This document shows, piece by piece, positions 35,736 through 44,167 of a stretch of 64,000 nucleotides of DNA. Every line of letters begins with the position of its first letter. Positions within the stretch are counted from its first letter, which is position 1. The stretch covers positions 6,676-70,675 of the forward strand of contig CAYGEH010000001.1 in NCBI GenBank assembly GCA_964348895.1, written 5' to 3'. The DNA is from an uncultured Gammaproteobacteria bacterium (GTDB lineage: Bacteria; Patescibacteriota; Microgenomatia; 0-14-0-10-38-17). The notes below the pieces were generated by a model. That model had not been told where the DNA came from and ran no database searches. It saw nothing but the letters and a program-made list of their open reading frames with translations. The position numbers and the translations under genes were made by a program.

Positions 35736-36670
35736 AAGCTAGAAATTGACCTTAAAATTGTTCCTGGCTGAGATAGCAAAACAAGCAGTAAAATAACCAC
35801 TAAAAAACCAAGATGGGTCCAGTTATTGCCAGCTAGTCGACTAATCCCTTTCCTTCTAACAACTAGGCGATCAATTAAAAGAGCAACTATTAACAAACTC
35901 AAAACAAAAACAGCAATCGCCTTGCTAATGGTTAAAGGATTAACAGGCTCTGTTCTGTTTTGATAGGCTAAGTTTTCCTCTGCTTGAAGAAGAGTTTCCT
36001 GTTGATTCCCTGCTTGGCTTGACCCACCCTGTTCTGCCAAAATAGAGGCCGCTTCGATTAATCCATTTGCCTCATCGGATGACTCTGAAGCGACAGTTTT
36101 ACTTGAAGCACCAAACATTTGTACCACCAGGGTTGTTTGCATTCCCCCCAGCTCTCCTTCCACCACCGCTACCCCAATTTCTAGATATTGATCATTAATT
36201 AAATTATCTTTGTGGGTCGGAGAGGCCATCCAAGCAGAAACCACTGCTTCGGCTGAAGAAAAATCTCGAGCTAAGTTTTCGCCAGCATAAAGATAGTCAT
36301 AGCCAACTTCTCTAAAAAAAGACCAGGGGTCTCTGCCAGTGGGCGAATTGTGAGACCAGTAATCAAAAACAAACATATCCGCCGCCTTTCTTCTCGCCGC
36401 TTCATTAAGATCTTTGTTCATTGTTAACCCATTTAGCCCCATCTTTGTTCGCTCTTGGTTGGTTAACTCTACAATTCTTTCTAGGGTAATTTGAGAAGAA
36501 TAACCCAAAACTGCTGGACGACTTAAGGCGATTAGGGCTGTTCCTGTTTGCGACAACAAAAATAAAAAAACTAAAACCAGCAAAGACGGCAAATGTAGTA
36601 TTTTGGCCCGATAATTATTAGAACTAGAAGGCACAAACAGGTTGTAAAATTTATTCTTTTTTTTCTTCAT
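35732..36670 (-). CDS. CAP/SCP (PR-1-like) domain protein with N- and C-terminal TM anchors
   Basis: NEAARRKAADMFVFDYWSHNSPTGRDPW...YLYAGENLA (CAP signature); hydrophobic segments at both ends. Confidence 0.55.
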   Translation of the reverse strand: MKKKKNKFYNLFVPSSSNNYRAKILHLPSLLVLVFLFLLSQTGTALIALSRPAVLGYSSQITLERIVELTNQERTKMGLNGLTMNKDLNEAARRKAADMFVFDYWSHNSPTGRDPWSFFREVGYDYLYAGENLARDFSSAEAVVSAWMASPTHKDNLINDQYLEIGVAVVEGELGGMQTTLVVQMFGASSKTVASESSDEANGLIEAASILAEQGGSSQAGNQQETLLQAEENLAYQNRTEPVNPLTISKAIAVFVLSLLIVALLIDRLVVRRKGISRLAGNNWTHLGFLVVILLLVLLSQPGTILRSISSL

Positions 36671-36838
36671 TGGTTCTTTATTATTAAATGTTAAGCCCTC
36701 AATCTTGTCAATAAAATTTCAATAAAAGTCTTCTTTGGTAAAAAAATCACCTTAACAAACTTTAAAAAACCAATTAAGGTTTTTAAAAAAAATAGACCCA
36801 AGAAGAACAAGAATCGCGGTTCTCTTTTTGCCCAAATT

Positions 36839-38617
36839 TTACTTCCTAATTTGATAAAAGACCAGCACTCCTCCAACCAAGAAAGCCAAAATAAAAATCA
36901 CTAAAACCCTGGGCCAGTTAAGGGCAAAACCTGCTTCTTTTTCCTCTGTTGTTCTTTCTGTTTCTTCATTTTGGGAGAGATCTTCGAGCGCTTTGCCGGT
37001 TTCGCCTAAAGTCAAGCCTCCTCCGTCCTCGTTTTTGCTAGCAAAAAGATTGTCGGTTGTAAAAGAAAACTCCTGACTGTAAACAACTGGGCTTCCAAAG
37101 GCTAAAATCCGACCAAAATACTTCCCTGAGGGCAGGGCTGGCAAGCGATATTGGTGAGTCATCACTTTATCCTTACTAAGCTGATCGCTTGCCCAAGCAT
37201 AGCCTAAATTGAGAAAATCATCTCCCAAACTATTTGGCTCTAGGGTTCGTGACTGACGATCATAAACTACTCGACTAAAACTAGGATAGTTTGTTTGCCA
37301 AGATAAAACTCCATCAACTAAAAAAATATTAAAAATTTTTAGATTTCTTTTTAGACTGATTTCCTTTTTGCCAATATTTCCTGCTAAATCTGTCACCTGA
37401 GCCAAAAGCCGATAGTCGCCCAAGGGTAAGTCGTTGGGAAAATACCAGGGTGTTTCTTTTATTTCCTGCCAAGAGTTGCTACGATAGCGATAGAAAAAAC
37501 GAACCCTCTCTGTTGGCTTGCCTAAAGAATCTTCTGTTGTTATTTGGAGTTCTAGTGGCTCGACCAAGCTATCACCATCAACTGGACTTTGCCAGAAAAG
37601 CTCTGGTGGAGTTTGATCAAAAACAAAGCGACTAGGAGAGTCAATAATAACTAACTCCTCATCCTGATTGTAAACTCTAGCCCGAAGAAGAAAACTACCT
37701 TCTTCTGTTGGAAACCAACGATGTGACCAATAATAATTTTTCAAACTAAGATCCTGGTCTAGCAGGTTTCGCCAAGTTTTTTCATCAGAAGAAAATTGAA
37801 TAATAATTCGACTAAGGCCTTTGTCATCCCAAGCTTTAAAAGCTAAATCCACTGATTCATTAAAATAAACTTTTACTTTGTTGTCTGGAAGTAAAAACTC
37901 TCCTCTTGGTAAGTTTTTTTGAACAGACGGAGAAGGCGTTGGTGTTGGTGAGGGTAATGGTAAAACGGTTGGGATGGGAGAAATCGGCGGTTTGGTTGGG
38001 GTTGGCTCTTGAAGGTTGGGTCTTGCTTCAATAATTGCCTGATCTATAGCCAACATCATTGATTGACTTGAGACTAAGGGCAGGGCTCTAATCTCTAGTC
38101 TCCAAGGGCTATCATTTTCAGTTAGTCCTAAACTAGGAAAAAGCAAGGAAAGATTAATAGTCTTTTCTTGCTTCTCTTCACTAAGAATGAACCAGTCTTC
38201 GTTTTGTTGAAAGGAAAGATCTTTCCAGCCATCTCCCCAATCAAACCTTAGCTTAATTATTCCTGTCGAGGCGGTTACACTTTTAAGGTTAAGCCGTAAC
38301 CACAAATCCTCCCCTGAAGAACCTAAAACAAAAGAATTAAAAGTAAAAGTAAGCTTTTGAGAAGAATCTTGACCATCAAAAAAACCCTGAGAAAAATAAA
38401 ACCAATTATCATTGTTCTTTACTGCTGGTAGGGCAAAGCTTTCCCCTCGACAAAGCCAAAACCATCTTTCTTCTGAACAAAAAAAATTGTAAAAAGTATT
38501 GTCTTCAATTTCGACCGTAAGGGAAGAACTGTTTTGGGAAAAAACTGGACTAAAGTTTAGAAAAGAAAAAGAAAATAATAAAATTAAAAATAAGAACAAG
38601 CCCTTTATTCTCTTCAT
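36839..38617 (-). CDS. Large secreted/cell-surface protein with signal peptide, Pro/Thr linker and C-terminal TM anchor
   Basis: N-terminal MKRIKGLFLFLILLFSFSFLNFSPVFSQ; central PTPTKPPISPIPTVLPLPSPTPTPSPS; C-terminal LVIFILAFLVGGVLVFYQIRK. Confidence 0.45.
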   Translation of the reverse strand: MKRIKGLFLFLILLFSFSFLNFSPVFSQNSSSLTVEIEDNTFYNFFCSEERWFWLCRGESFALPAVKNNDNWFYFSQGFFDGQDSSQKLTFTFNSFVLGSSGEDLWLRLNLKSVTASTGIIKLRFDWGDGWKDLSFQQNEDWFILSEEKQEKTINLSLLFPSLGLTENDSPWRLEIRALPLVSSQSMMLAIDQAIIEARPNLQEPTPTKPPISPIPTVLPLPSPTPTPSPSVQKNLPRGEFLLPDNKVKVYFNESVDLAFKAWDDKGLSRIIIQFSSDEKTWRNLLDQDLSLKNYYWSHRWFPTEEGSFLLRARVYNQDEELVIIDSPSRFVFDQTPPELFWQSPVDGDSLVEPLELQITTEDSLGKPTERVRFFYRYRSNSWQEIKETPWYFPNDLPLGDYRLLAQVTDLAGNIGKKEISLKRNLKIFNIFLVDGVLSWQTNYPSFSRVVYDRQSRTLEPNSLGDDFLNLGYAWASDQLSKDKVMTHQYRLPALPSGKYFGRILAFGSPVVYSQEFSFTTDNLFASKNEDGGGLTLGETGKALEDLSQNEETERTTEEKEAGFALNWPRVLVIFILAFLVGGVLVFYQIRK

Positions 38618-38736
38618 TCTATTAAATTAAAATTTATTTATAACTAATCTAATAAAAATTAAAAATAACAAATATCTAAAACAAAAACATCACTAAGATT
38701 CGCTTCGAAAAACAAACAATAGATTAACAATTCTTA

Positions 38737-39750
38737 TTAATAAGACCAGCCATTGGGATGGTTCTGGTACCAAGCGGCCAAAGAACTAATCGTTTGACCA
38801 AGATCTTTTTGGGGCTCCCAGCCAAGATGTTTTTTCGCCTTAGCAATATCAGCGTAAACCTTGGCATATTCTCCTTTTCTGGTTGGCCCCTTATTAATTG
38901 GAAAAAAAACCCCTGTATTTTTCTTAACTCTTTCAATAATTTCTAAAACCGAATTTCCCCGACCAGTCCCCAAGTTAAAAACCTGACAACCGTTTTCTTT
39001 TTCTAGCCAGTCAAGGGCCAAAAAATGAGCAAAAACTAAGTCTTCAACATTAACATAGTCTCTAATTGGAGTTTTGTCTGGTGTCGACACCTCAGGGCAG
39101 GTTAACTGGAAAGGTTCTATTCCTAAAGCGCCCCGAACAGCGTTCTGAACTAATAGCTGAGACGGCTTTTTGCTATCGCCAATCAAACCAGTAGAGTCAG
39201 CGCCAGCTACATTAAAATAACGAAAAATTACCGCTCTTAAGTTGAATAAGCGACAAAACCAAAAGATTTCTTTCTCTGCCATTAGCTTTGATTCACCATA
39301 AGGATTAGTAGGATTAATCGGGTGATTCTCGTCAACGGGCAAATATTGGCTTTCTCCATAAACCGCACAAGTAGATGAAAAAACAAGTTTGCCAACCTCA
39401 TGTTTTTTCATTGTCTGTAGCAAATTCAATGTTCCCAGAACGTTGTTTTCAAAATAATCAGCTGGTTTTTCCATTGATTCATTAACCAAACAAAGAGCAG
39501 CAAAATGTAATACACTAAAAAATTTTGTTTCTTTAAAAACTTTATTAATTTGATCCAAATTTCTTAGATCGCCCACAACTAAGCTTAAGTCAGAAAATTT
39601 CTTTTTTAGAGTATCAATTGGCTCTTGATACCCCCGAAAAAGATTATCAAAAACCACTACTCGAAACCCTTTTTCTAAAAGAAGCTTAACGGCATGAGAG
39701 CCAATATATCCAGCTCCACCAGTAACTAAAATCGTTTTTTTCTCAACCAT
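38737..39750 (-). CDS. galE: UDP-glucose 4-epimerase
   Basis: ILVTGGAGYIGSH, YGESKLMAEK (YxxxK), 337 aa. Confidence 0.85.
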   Translation of the reverse strand: MVEKKTILVTGGAGYIGSHAVKLLLEKGFRVVVFDNLFRGYQEPIDTLKKKFSDLSLVVGDLRNLDQINKVFKETKFFSVLHFAALCLVNESMEKPADYFENNVLGTLNLLQTMKKHEVGKLVFSSTCAVYGESQYLPVDENHPINPTNPYGESKLMAEKEIFWFCRLFNLRAVIFRYFNVAGADSTGLIGDSKKPSQLLVQNAVRGALGIEPFQLTCPEVSTPDKTPIRDYVNVEDLVFAHFLALDWLEKENGCQVFNLGTGRGNSVLEIIERVKKNTGVFFPINKGPTRKGEYAKVYADIAKAKKHLGWEPQKDLGQTISSLAAWYQNHPNGWSY

Positions 39751-40045
39751 ATTTTGGAAGAATAATTTGTTTTTGGGAAATCATTTTTCCATTAACAGGA
39801 ACTTCTAAAAACCAACCTAAAACATTTGCTACAGAAAGCCCTATTCGTAATCCAGTAAAAGATCCTGGTCCCGAACTAATCTTAATTGAAGTGATATCGC
39901 TTAAGCTAAATTTTTTAGTCGACAAAAGGTTAACAATTAACCCTAGCAGGTCTTGGCTTTTTTGCTTTGAAGAAATTTTTTTTCCTTGTCCATTAAAAGA
40001 AATAAACAAGGAAGAAGTCTTGGTAGTGTCGATAGTTAAGGTCAT
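39743..40045 (-). CDS. tsaB: Minimal (about 100-aa) TsaB/YeaZ-like protein
   Basis: GPGSFTGLRIGLSVA signature of TsaB/YeaZ; only the N-terminal half-domain is present; directly downstream of tsaE. Confidence 0.65.
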   Translation of the reverse strand: MTLTIDTTKTSSLFISFNGQGKKISSKQKSQDLLGLIVNLLSTKKFSLSDITSIKISSGPGSFTGLRIGLSVANVLGWFLEVPVNGKMISQKQIILPKYG

Positions 40046-40491
40046 TCTTTTTTTAAAATGCTAATTTTCCGACTTTTTTCTTTTTTACAATACTCAAAGT
40101 ATATCTCAATTCTTTGTTTGGGTAAAACCCCTAGACCTCTGTCTGCCCATTCAATGGCAACAATGTTTTCTTGACTGAAAATCTCTTCTAGCCCTAAGGC
40201 CACTAACTGTTGTTGGGTATCAATACGATACCAGTCAAGATGAAAAAAACGACCACTTTGATTTTTAAGAAAATAATCCCGAATAACAATAAAGGTTGGG
40301 CTTAAAACTCTTTCTTTTATTCCTAACCCCTCTGCCACTCCCTGTAAAAATGTGGTTTTGCCTCCCCCTAAGTCTCCAAATAAAGCCAAAACCACCCCTG
40401 GTTTTAAATCAGTGCCAATTTTTCGGCCCAAACTCTTAGTTTCTTGGGCGCTTTTGGTAAAATAATCCATAATAAAATTAAACCAAAACAA
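40042..40491 (-). CDS. tsaE: tRNA t6A biosynthesis ATPase TsaE (YjeE)
   Basis: FGDLGGGKTTF P-loop, SPTF, HLDWYR; the start probably lies downstream of the annotated Met (overlaps the VanZ-like gene). Confidence 0.85.
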   Translation of the reverse strand: MFWFNFIMDYFTKSAQETKSLGRKIGTDLKPGVVLALFGDLGGGKTTFLQGVAEGLGIKERVLSPTFIVIRDYFLKNQSGRFFHLDWYRIDTQQQLVALGLEEIFSQENIVAIEWADRGLGVLPKQRIEIYFEYCKKEKSRKISILKKE

Positions 40492-40838
40492 ATTCCTAAA
40501 GAGTCAATTAAAATATCTCTTAAGGTTCCACTTCTGGTGGGGACATAAAGTTGATGAATTTCGTCAATCACTGCCCAAAAAAAAGCAATTATTCCTGCAC
40601 CCCAGGCAGAAGAAAGTTTATTTTTAGTTATCGTCGTTTTGATGGCTCGATAAAGCAAAACAAAAAGAAGGGCGTATTCTAAAAAATGTAAACTTTTAAA
40701 AAAAATAAAGTTTTGCCAACCCCCAGAGCCAATAATAAAGGTGGGCCGAGAAGAAAGATAAAAAATTATCACCATTAGGACCATTGGTGGAAACCAATAA
40801 TTTAGCCAAAAAAGGGCTTTTTTCACTTTGCTTGTCAT
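40404..40838 (-). CDS. VanZ-like membrane protein
   Basis: IDEIHQLYVPTRSGTLRDILIDSLG matches the VanZ family core; 4 TM. Confidence 0.55.
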   Translation of the reverse strand: MTSKVKKALFWLNYWFPPMVLMVIIFYLSSRPTFIIGSGGWQNFIFFKSLHFLEYALLFVLLYRAIKTTITKNKLSSAWGAGIIAFFWAVIDEIHQLYVPTRSGTLRDILIDSLGICFGLILLWIILPKAPKKLRVWAEKLALI

Positions 40839-40882
40839 TATAGCCTATTGTTATTAAAATCGCGAAATTTTGCTGAAAAATT

Positions 40883-42178
40883 TTAAATTAAAAATTTTCG
40901 CCTAAAGATTCTTGTTAAGCCAAAACCAAAACTACCACCACCCCAAGAGAGTAATAACCAATCAGGAAGCCAATAATCAGAAACCCTATCAAGTCTTTTG
41001 CTTGCCAACAATAAAGACGGCAATTCTTTTTCTTCTTTTAAATAAGTTTTAAAAATTGGAGCTTTATTTAAATAAACATAAACAGAAGCTTCTTCGCCTA
41101 AAACATTATTTTCCTCTTTGGGGGTTTTTAGAGCTGGGGGTTGAGTTATTTTGCTTAAAACTGGCGAGGATATTGTCGGTGTTATCCTGGAAGCAGAACA
41201 GGGCAAGTTCTGCTGACCAGGAGTGGCCTCCTGAAAACACCAACTATTAGATTGTTTACCCCAACCCTGGCTTGACTCTGTTTTGGGATAAACCAAAAAG
41301 TCTTTTGGTTCTCCCAAAGAATCTGTTAACCTTACTTCGTCCCCAGCGTTGTTAAGCATGGTCTTGCCCAGACTAACCACCCCATAGCTATTGGCTTCTA
41401 TTATAAGAGAAAATTTCCATGGATTACTCCCCCCTTCAGCCAAATCATCAATTAACCAATTAACTAAGTTAATCTTAAAATCGTTATCGTTATATAATTC
41501 TACCCACTCAGGTCCTTCTTGGGGATCGGCCATGACTTCGTTAAGAAAAATTTTATTATAGTTTTGAGTTGGACTAGTAGGATTGGGGGTTGGGGTGGGC
41601 AAGATTGTTGGTGTTTCGGTTGGGGTTGGAAGCAGCGAAGGGTTAATTGTTGGCGAAATTGTTGGTGAAGGCGACGGCAGAACGGCAGTTGGCGAAACAC
41701 TTGGGAGAGGAACAATGGTGGGAAAAAAACAAGCCTCATCTTGAGGGGTTGGCACTAAAAACACTTGCCAAAGATTAGCCCCATTTGAAACTCTTCCCGT
41801 AGATTGATTAAGCAGGTGGGCAGGGACAAGGTCAGAGAAATAAACTATTCTATTAACCTCATTACTGCTGTTATCAATTAATCTAATTTCATCACCACCA
41901 TTATTGAGTCGATTAGAAAAATCAAACTTTCTAAAAGAATTGGGACAAATTATTCCTTCTAGATTTATTTTGTTCGTTTGGGTTTCATCACGAAGCTCCC
42001 AGCCGTCAAGGTTAATAATTTCTTCTCCTAAATTATAAAGTTCAACCCAATCGGGAGAAGATAAGGCTGAAAATTCATTAATAACTACCCCTTGGGCCCA
42101 AACTAGAAAATGTCCTCTATTCCAAAATAAAAATATCGCCAAATTAATCAGAAAAAAGAAAAGCTTTTTAATTAACAT
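40883..42178 (-). CDS. Secreted protein with two lamin-tail (LTD) domains separated by a Pro/Thr-rich linker
   Basis: VVINEFSALSSPDWVELYN...LDGWEL and IFLNEVMADPQEGPEWVELYN...LVNWLI (LTD signature twice); linker PTISPTINPSLLPTPTETPTILPTPTPNPT; N-terminal signal/TM. Confidence 0.55.
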   Translation of the reverse strand: MLIKKLFFFLINLAIFLFWNRGHFLVWAQGVVINEFSALSSPDWVELYNLGEEIINLDGWELRDETQTNKINLEGIICPNSFRKFDFSNRLNNGGDEIRLIDNSSNEVNRIVYFSDLVPAHLLNQSTGRVSNGANLWQVFLVPTPQDEACFFPTIVPLPSVSPTAVLPSPSPTISPTINPSLLPTPTETPTILPTPTPNPTSPTQNYNKIFLNEVMADPQEGPEWVELYNDNDFKINLVNWLIDDLAEGGSNPWKFSLIIEANSYGVVSLGKTMLNNAGDEVRLTDSLGEPKDFLVYPKTESSQGWGKQSNSWCFQEATPGQQNLPCSASRITPTISSPVLSKITQPPALKTPKEENNVLGEEASVYVYLNKAPIFKTYLKEEKELPSLLLASKRLDRVSDYWLPDWLLLSWGGGSFGFGLTRIFRRKFLI

Positions 42179-42453
42179 TTGCTAAACTGATCCCTAGCGT
42201 ACTTTGGACTAGTAAGGTTATCTTACTTTAAATTAAAACACTTTCTCAACTTATTTTTCTTTTTTTTAAAGACAAGCAGAATTAAACTTAGTATTTTTAT
42301 TTTCAAAAATATTCTTGGGGATCCCAGAAGAGAATTAAAGTTCTTACTTGTCTTAGTTTTTTAGTTTGAAATGAAAGCTTGGGTTGCTCCAGATAGTCTC
42401 ATAAAAAAAATAAATCTAGTATAATAAAGCACTATAGTCCTAAAAAAATTATT
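42179..42453. promoter_or_regulatory. AT-rich divergent intergenic region with a TAGTATAAT -10-like element at 42417-42425
   Basis: 275 nt between divergent starts; consensus TATAAT 28 nt upstream of the 42454 ATG. Confidence 0.3.
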
Positions 42454-42930
42454 ATGAAAGAAATAGAAAGCAGCAAAAGCTATTGTCAAAGGGTAAAAGA
42501 AAAATTTTTTCTTGAAATTTTTTTAGCCTTGTCAATAAGTTCTTTTGAAAAAATGAAAATAAAAGAACGGCTTAGTCTTAACGACGAAGAACAAGAGCTT
42601 GCTACTATTTTTCTAGCCGAAAGAATTACTCTGGCCTATCAATATTTTTTGCAAAGAAAAAATACTAAACGCCCTTTCTTGCCCCAAGCTGATTATTCTT
42701 CCCAAGTTTTTCAAAAAGCTCCTGAAATGATAACAGCAGGAGAAGAAACAAGACTAAGAAGACAGACAATTTATTTAGCAATTAACGACCTTAGTGCTAA
42801 CATTAATCACAATAATGATCAACAAAAATTAGACCTAATCCTCTATTTTGCTAATTATCAACTGAGAGACTTTGAGCTTGATCAATGGGGAGAAAAATGG
42901 CAAAGAAAACTTAAAAATCAACCCAATTAA
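42454..42930 (+). CDS. Hypothetical protein
   Basis: 158-aa ORF, no recognised motifs. Confidence 0.3.
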   Translation: MKEIESSKSYCQRVKEKFFLEIFLALSISSFEKMKIKERLSLNDEEQELATIFLAERITLAYQYFLQRKNTKRPFLPQADYSSQVFQKAPEMITAGEETRLRRQTIYLAINDLSANINHNNDQQKLDLILYFANYQLRDFELDQWGEKWQRKLKNQPN

Positions 42931-42963
42931 GCTTCTTCCTATTTTCTTGCCCAAAAACTCATC

Positions 42964-44154
42964 TTAGATCCTAGCATAGTTAACATGAAGATAGAGGGTG
43001 GAAAAATTTGAGTTTTCGTGATCTACCTTTACATACCTCAGTGTTCCTCCACCACAGGGGATGCTACCATTGTAAAGAGTTCCCCCTTGAACAGCCAAAA
43101 CAGACAAGTCTTCGGCCACAATATCAATACCCGAATGAAATTCATACCAAGAACCACCACTAGTAATCCACCAGGTGTCACCGCCAAACCCTTGGGTTAA
43201 CCGAATCGTTCCCGAAAGAGGCCAGGGCCAATCGCCACCAAAATGATATGAGTCTCCCCCAGAGCGATTATCAATTCTGGCCGACCTCAGGTAGTCAAGG
43301 GGGTTTCTGACCATATTCCCCTCCCTCACTTCGAAATGTAAGTGAGTACCAGTAGAACAAGCGGATTGGCCAACAATAACTGAAGCAATTCTTTCCCCTT
43401 GTCTAATCTCGCCAACCCTAACCTCTCTTCCTCTTCCTGCAATAATAGCCTGAATTGCTTGGTACTCAGCCCTAGCGGCTGACAACATCGCCTGATAACG
43501 GTTCTCGTCATTTTGAGTAACTGTTAATAGGCGTTCTTTACCTATTTTTTGTCGAGCCAAAACAGCATTCTGTTCTTCAAGTTGAGTTCTTAGTCTTTCT
43601 AGGGCCGCCTGTTTTTCTTCTTTAAGATTTTTTTGGCGATCAAAGTCCTGTTTGGCCTCTTCAATCGCAATCATTAACATTCTGTCATGCTTTTGGGCCA
43701 CTCTTAAATACTGTTGATTTCTAATAAAATCCTCTGCATTTTCGGCAGTCAACCAATAGAAACTTGGATCAATTTGGCTTCCTTTATAGCTCGCTACAAT
43801 TCGACGTAATAAAATTTTAGAAATTTTATCTAAAGATAGGTCTAATTTGCTAATTTTTTCTGACAAAGAGGAAATTTCTTCTTCTAAAACCACAACACTA
43901 GCCTTGGTTTGGGTGATTCTTAGGGTGGCCAGTTGAATTTGCTGGTTCATCTGAACGACTTGAGAAGAAAGAGTTCGTCGCTGCTCTCTTGTTTGTGACA
44001 CCTTTTCTTCTAGTTCTTTAATTTCTCTTTGGATCCTTTCTAGGTCTTCTCCAACAACTGCTTCGGGTAAGGAGGGGGGGCGACTAAAACTAAAGGCTGC
44101 CAACAAAAACAATAATAATAAAAGAATAACAAGGTTCTTTTTCATCATCATCAA
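42964..44154 (-). CDS. Coiled-coil M23 (LytM-type) metallopeptidase, EnvC-like partner of FtsEX; M23 domain apparently circularly permuted
   Basis: Signal/TM, about 200-aa heptad-rich region, then GQSACSTGTHLHFEVREGNMVRNPLDYL (M23 C-terminal motif) preceding WYEFHSGIDIV...VKVDHENSNFSTLYLHV (M23 N-terminal motif); last gene of the ftsE-ftsX operon. Confidence 0.8.
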   Translation of the reverse strand: MMMMKKNLVILLLLLFLLAAFSFSRPPSLPEAVVGEDLERIQREIKELEEKVSQTREQRRTLSSQVVQMNQQIQLATLRITQTKASVVVLEEEISSLSEKISKLDLSLDKISKILLRRIVASYKGSQIDPSFYWLTAENAEDFIRNQQYLRVAQKHDRMLMIAIEEAKQDFDRQKNLKEEKQAALERLRTQLEEQNAVLARQKIGKERLLTVTQNDENRYQAMLSAARAEYQAIQAIIAGRGREVRVGEIRQGERIASVIVGQSACSTGTHLHFEVREGNMVRNPLDYLRSARIDNRSGGDSYHFGGDWPWPLSGTIRLTQGFGGDTWWITSGGSWYEFHSGIDIVAEDLSVLAVQGGTLYNGSIPCGGGTLRYVKVDHENSNFSTLYLHVNYARI

Positions 44155-44167
44155 CCGCTAAAAGTAT

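Noticed and set aside
36691-36876. 61-aa ORF between the CAP-domain gene and the surface-protein gene
   Set aside because: Overlaps the 3' end of 36839..38617 and has no features; probably non-coding intergenic/3' region
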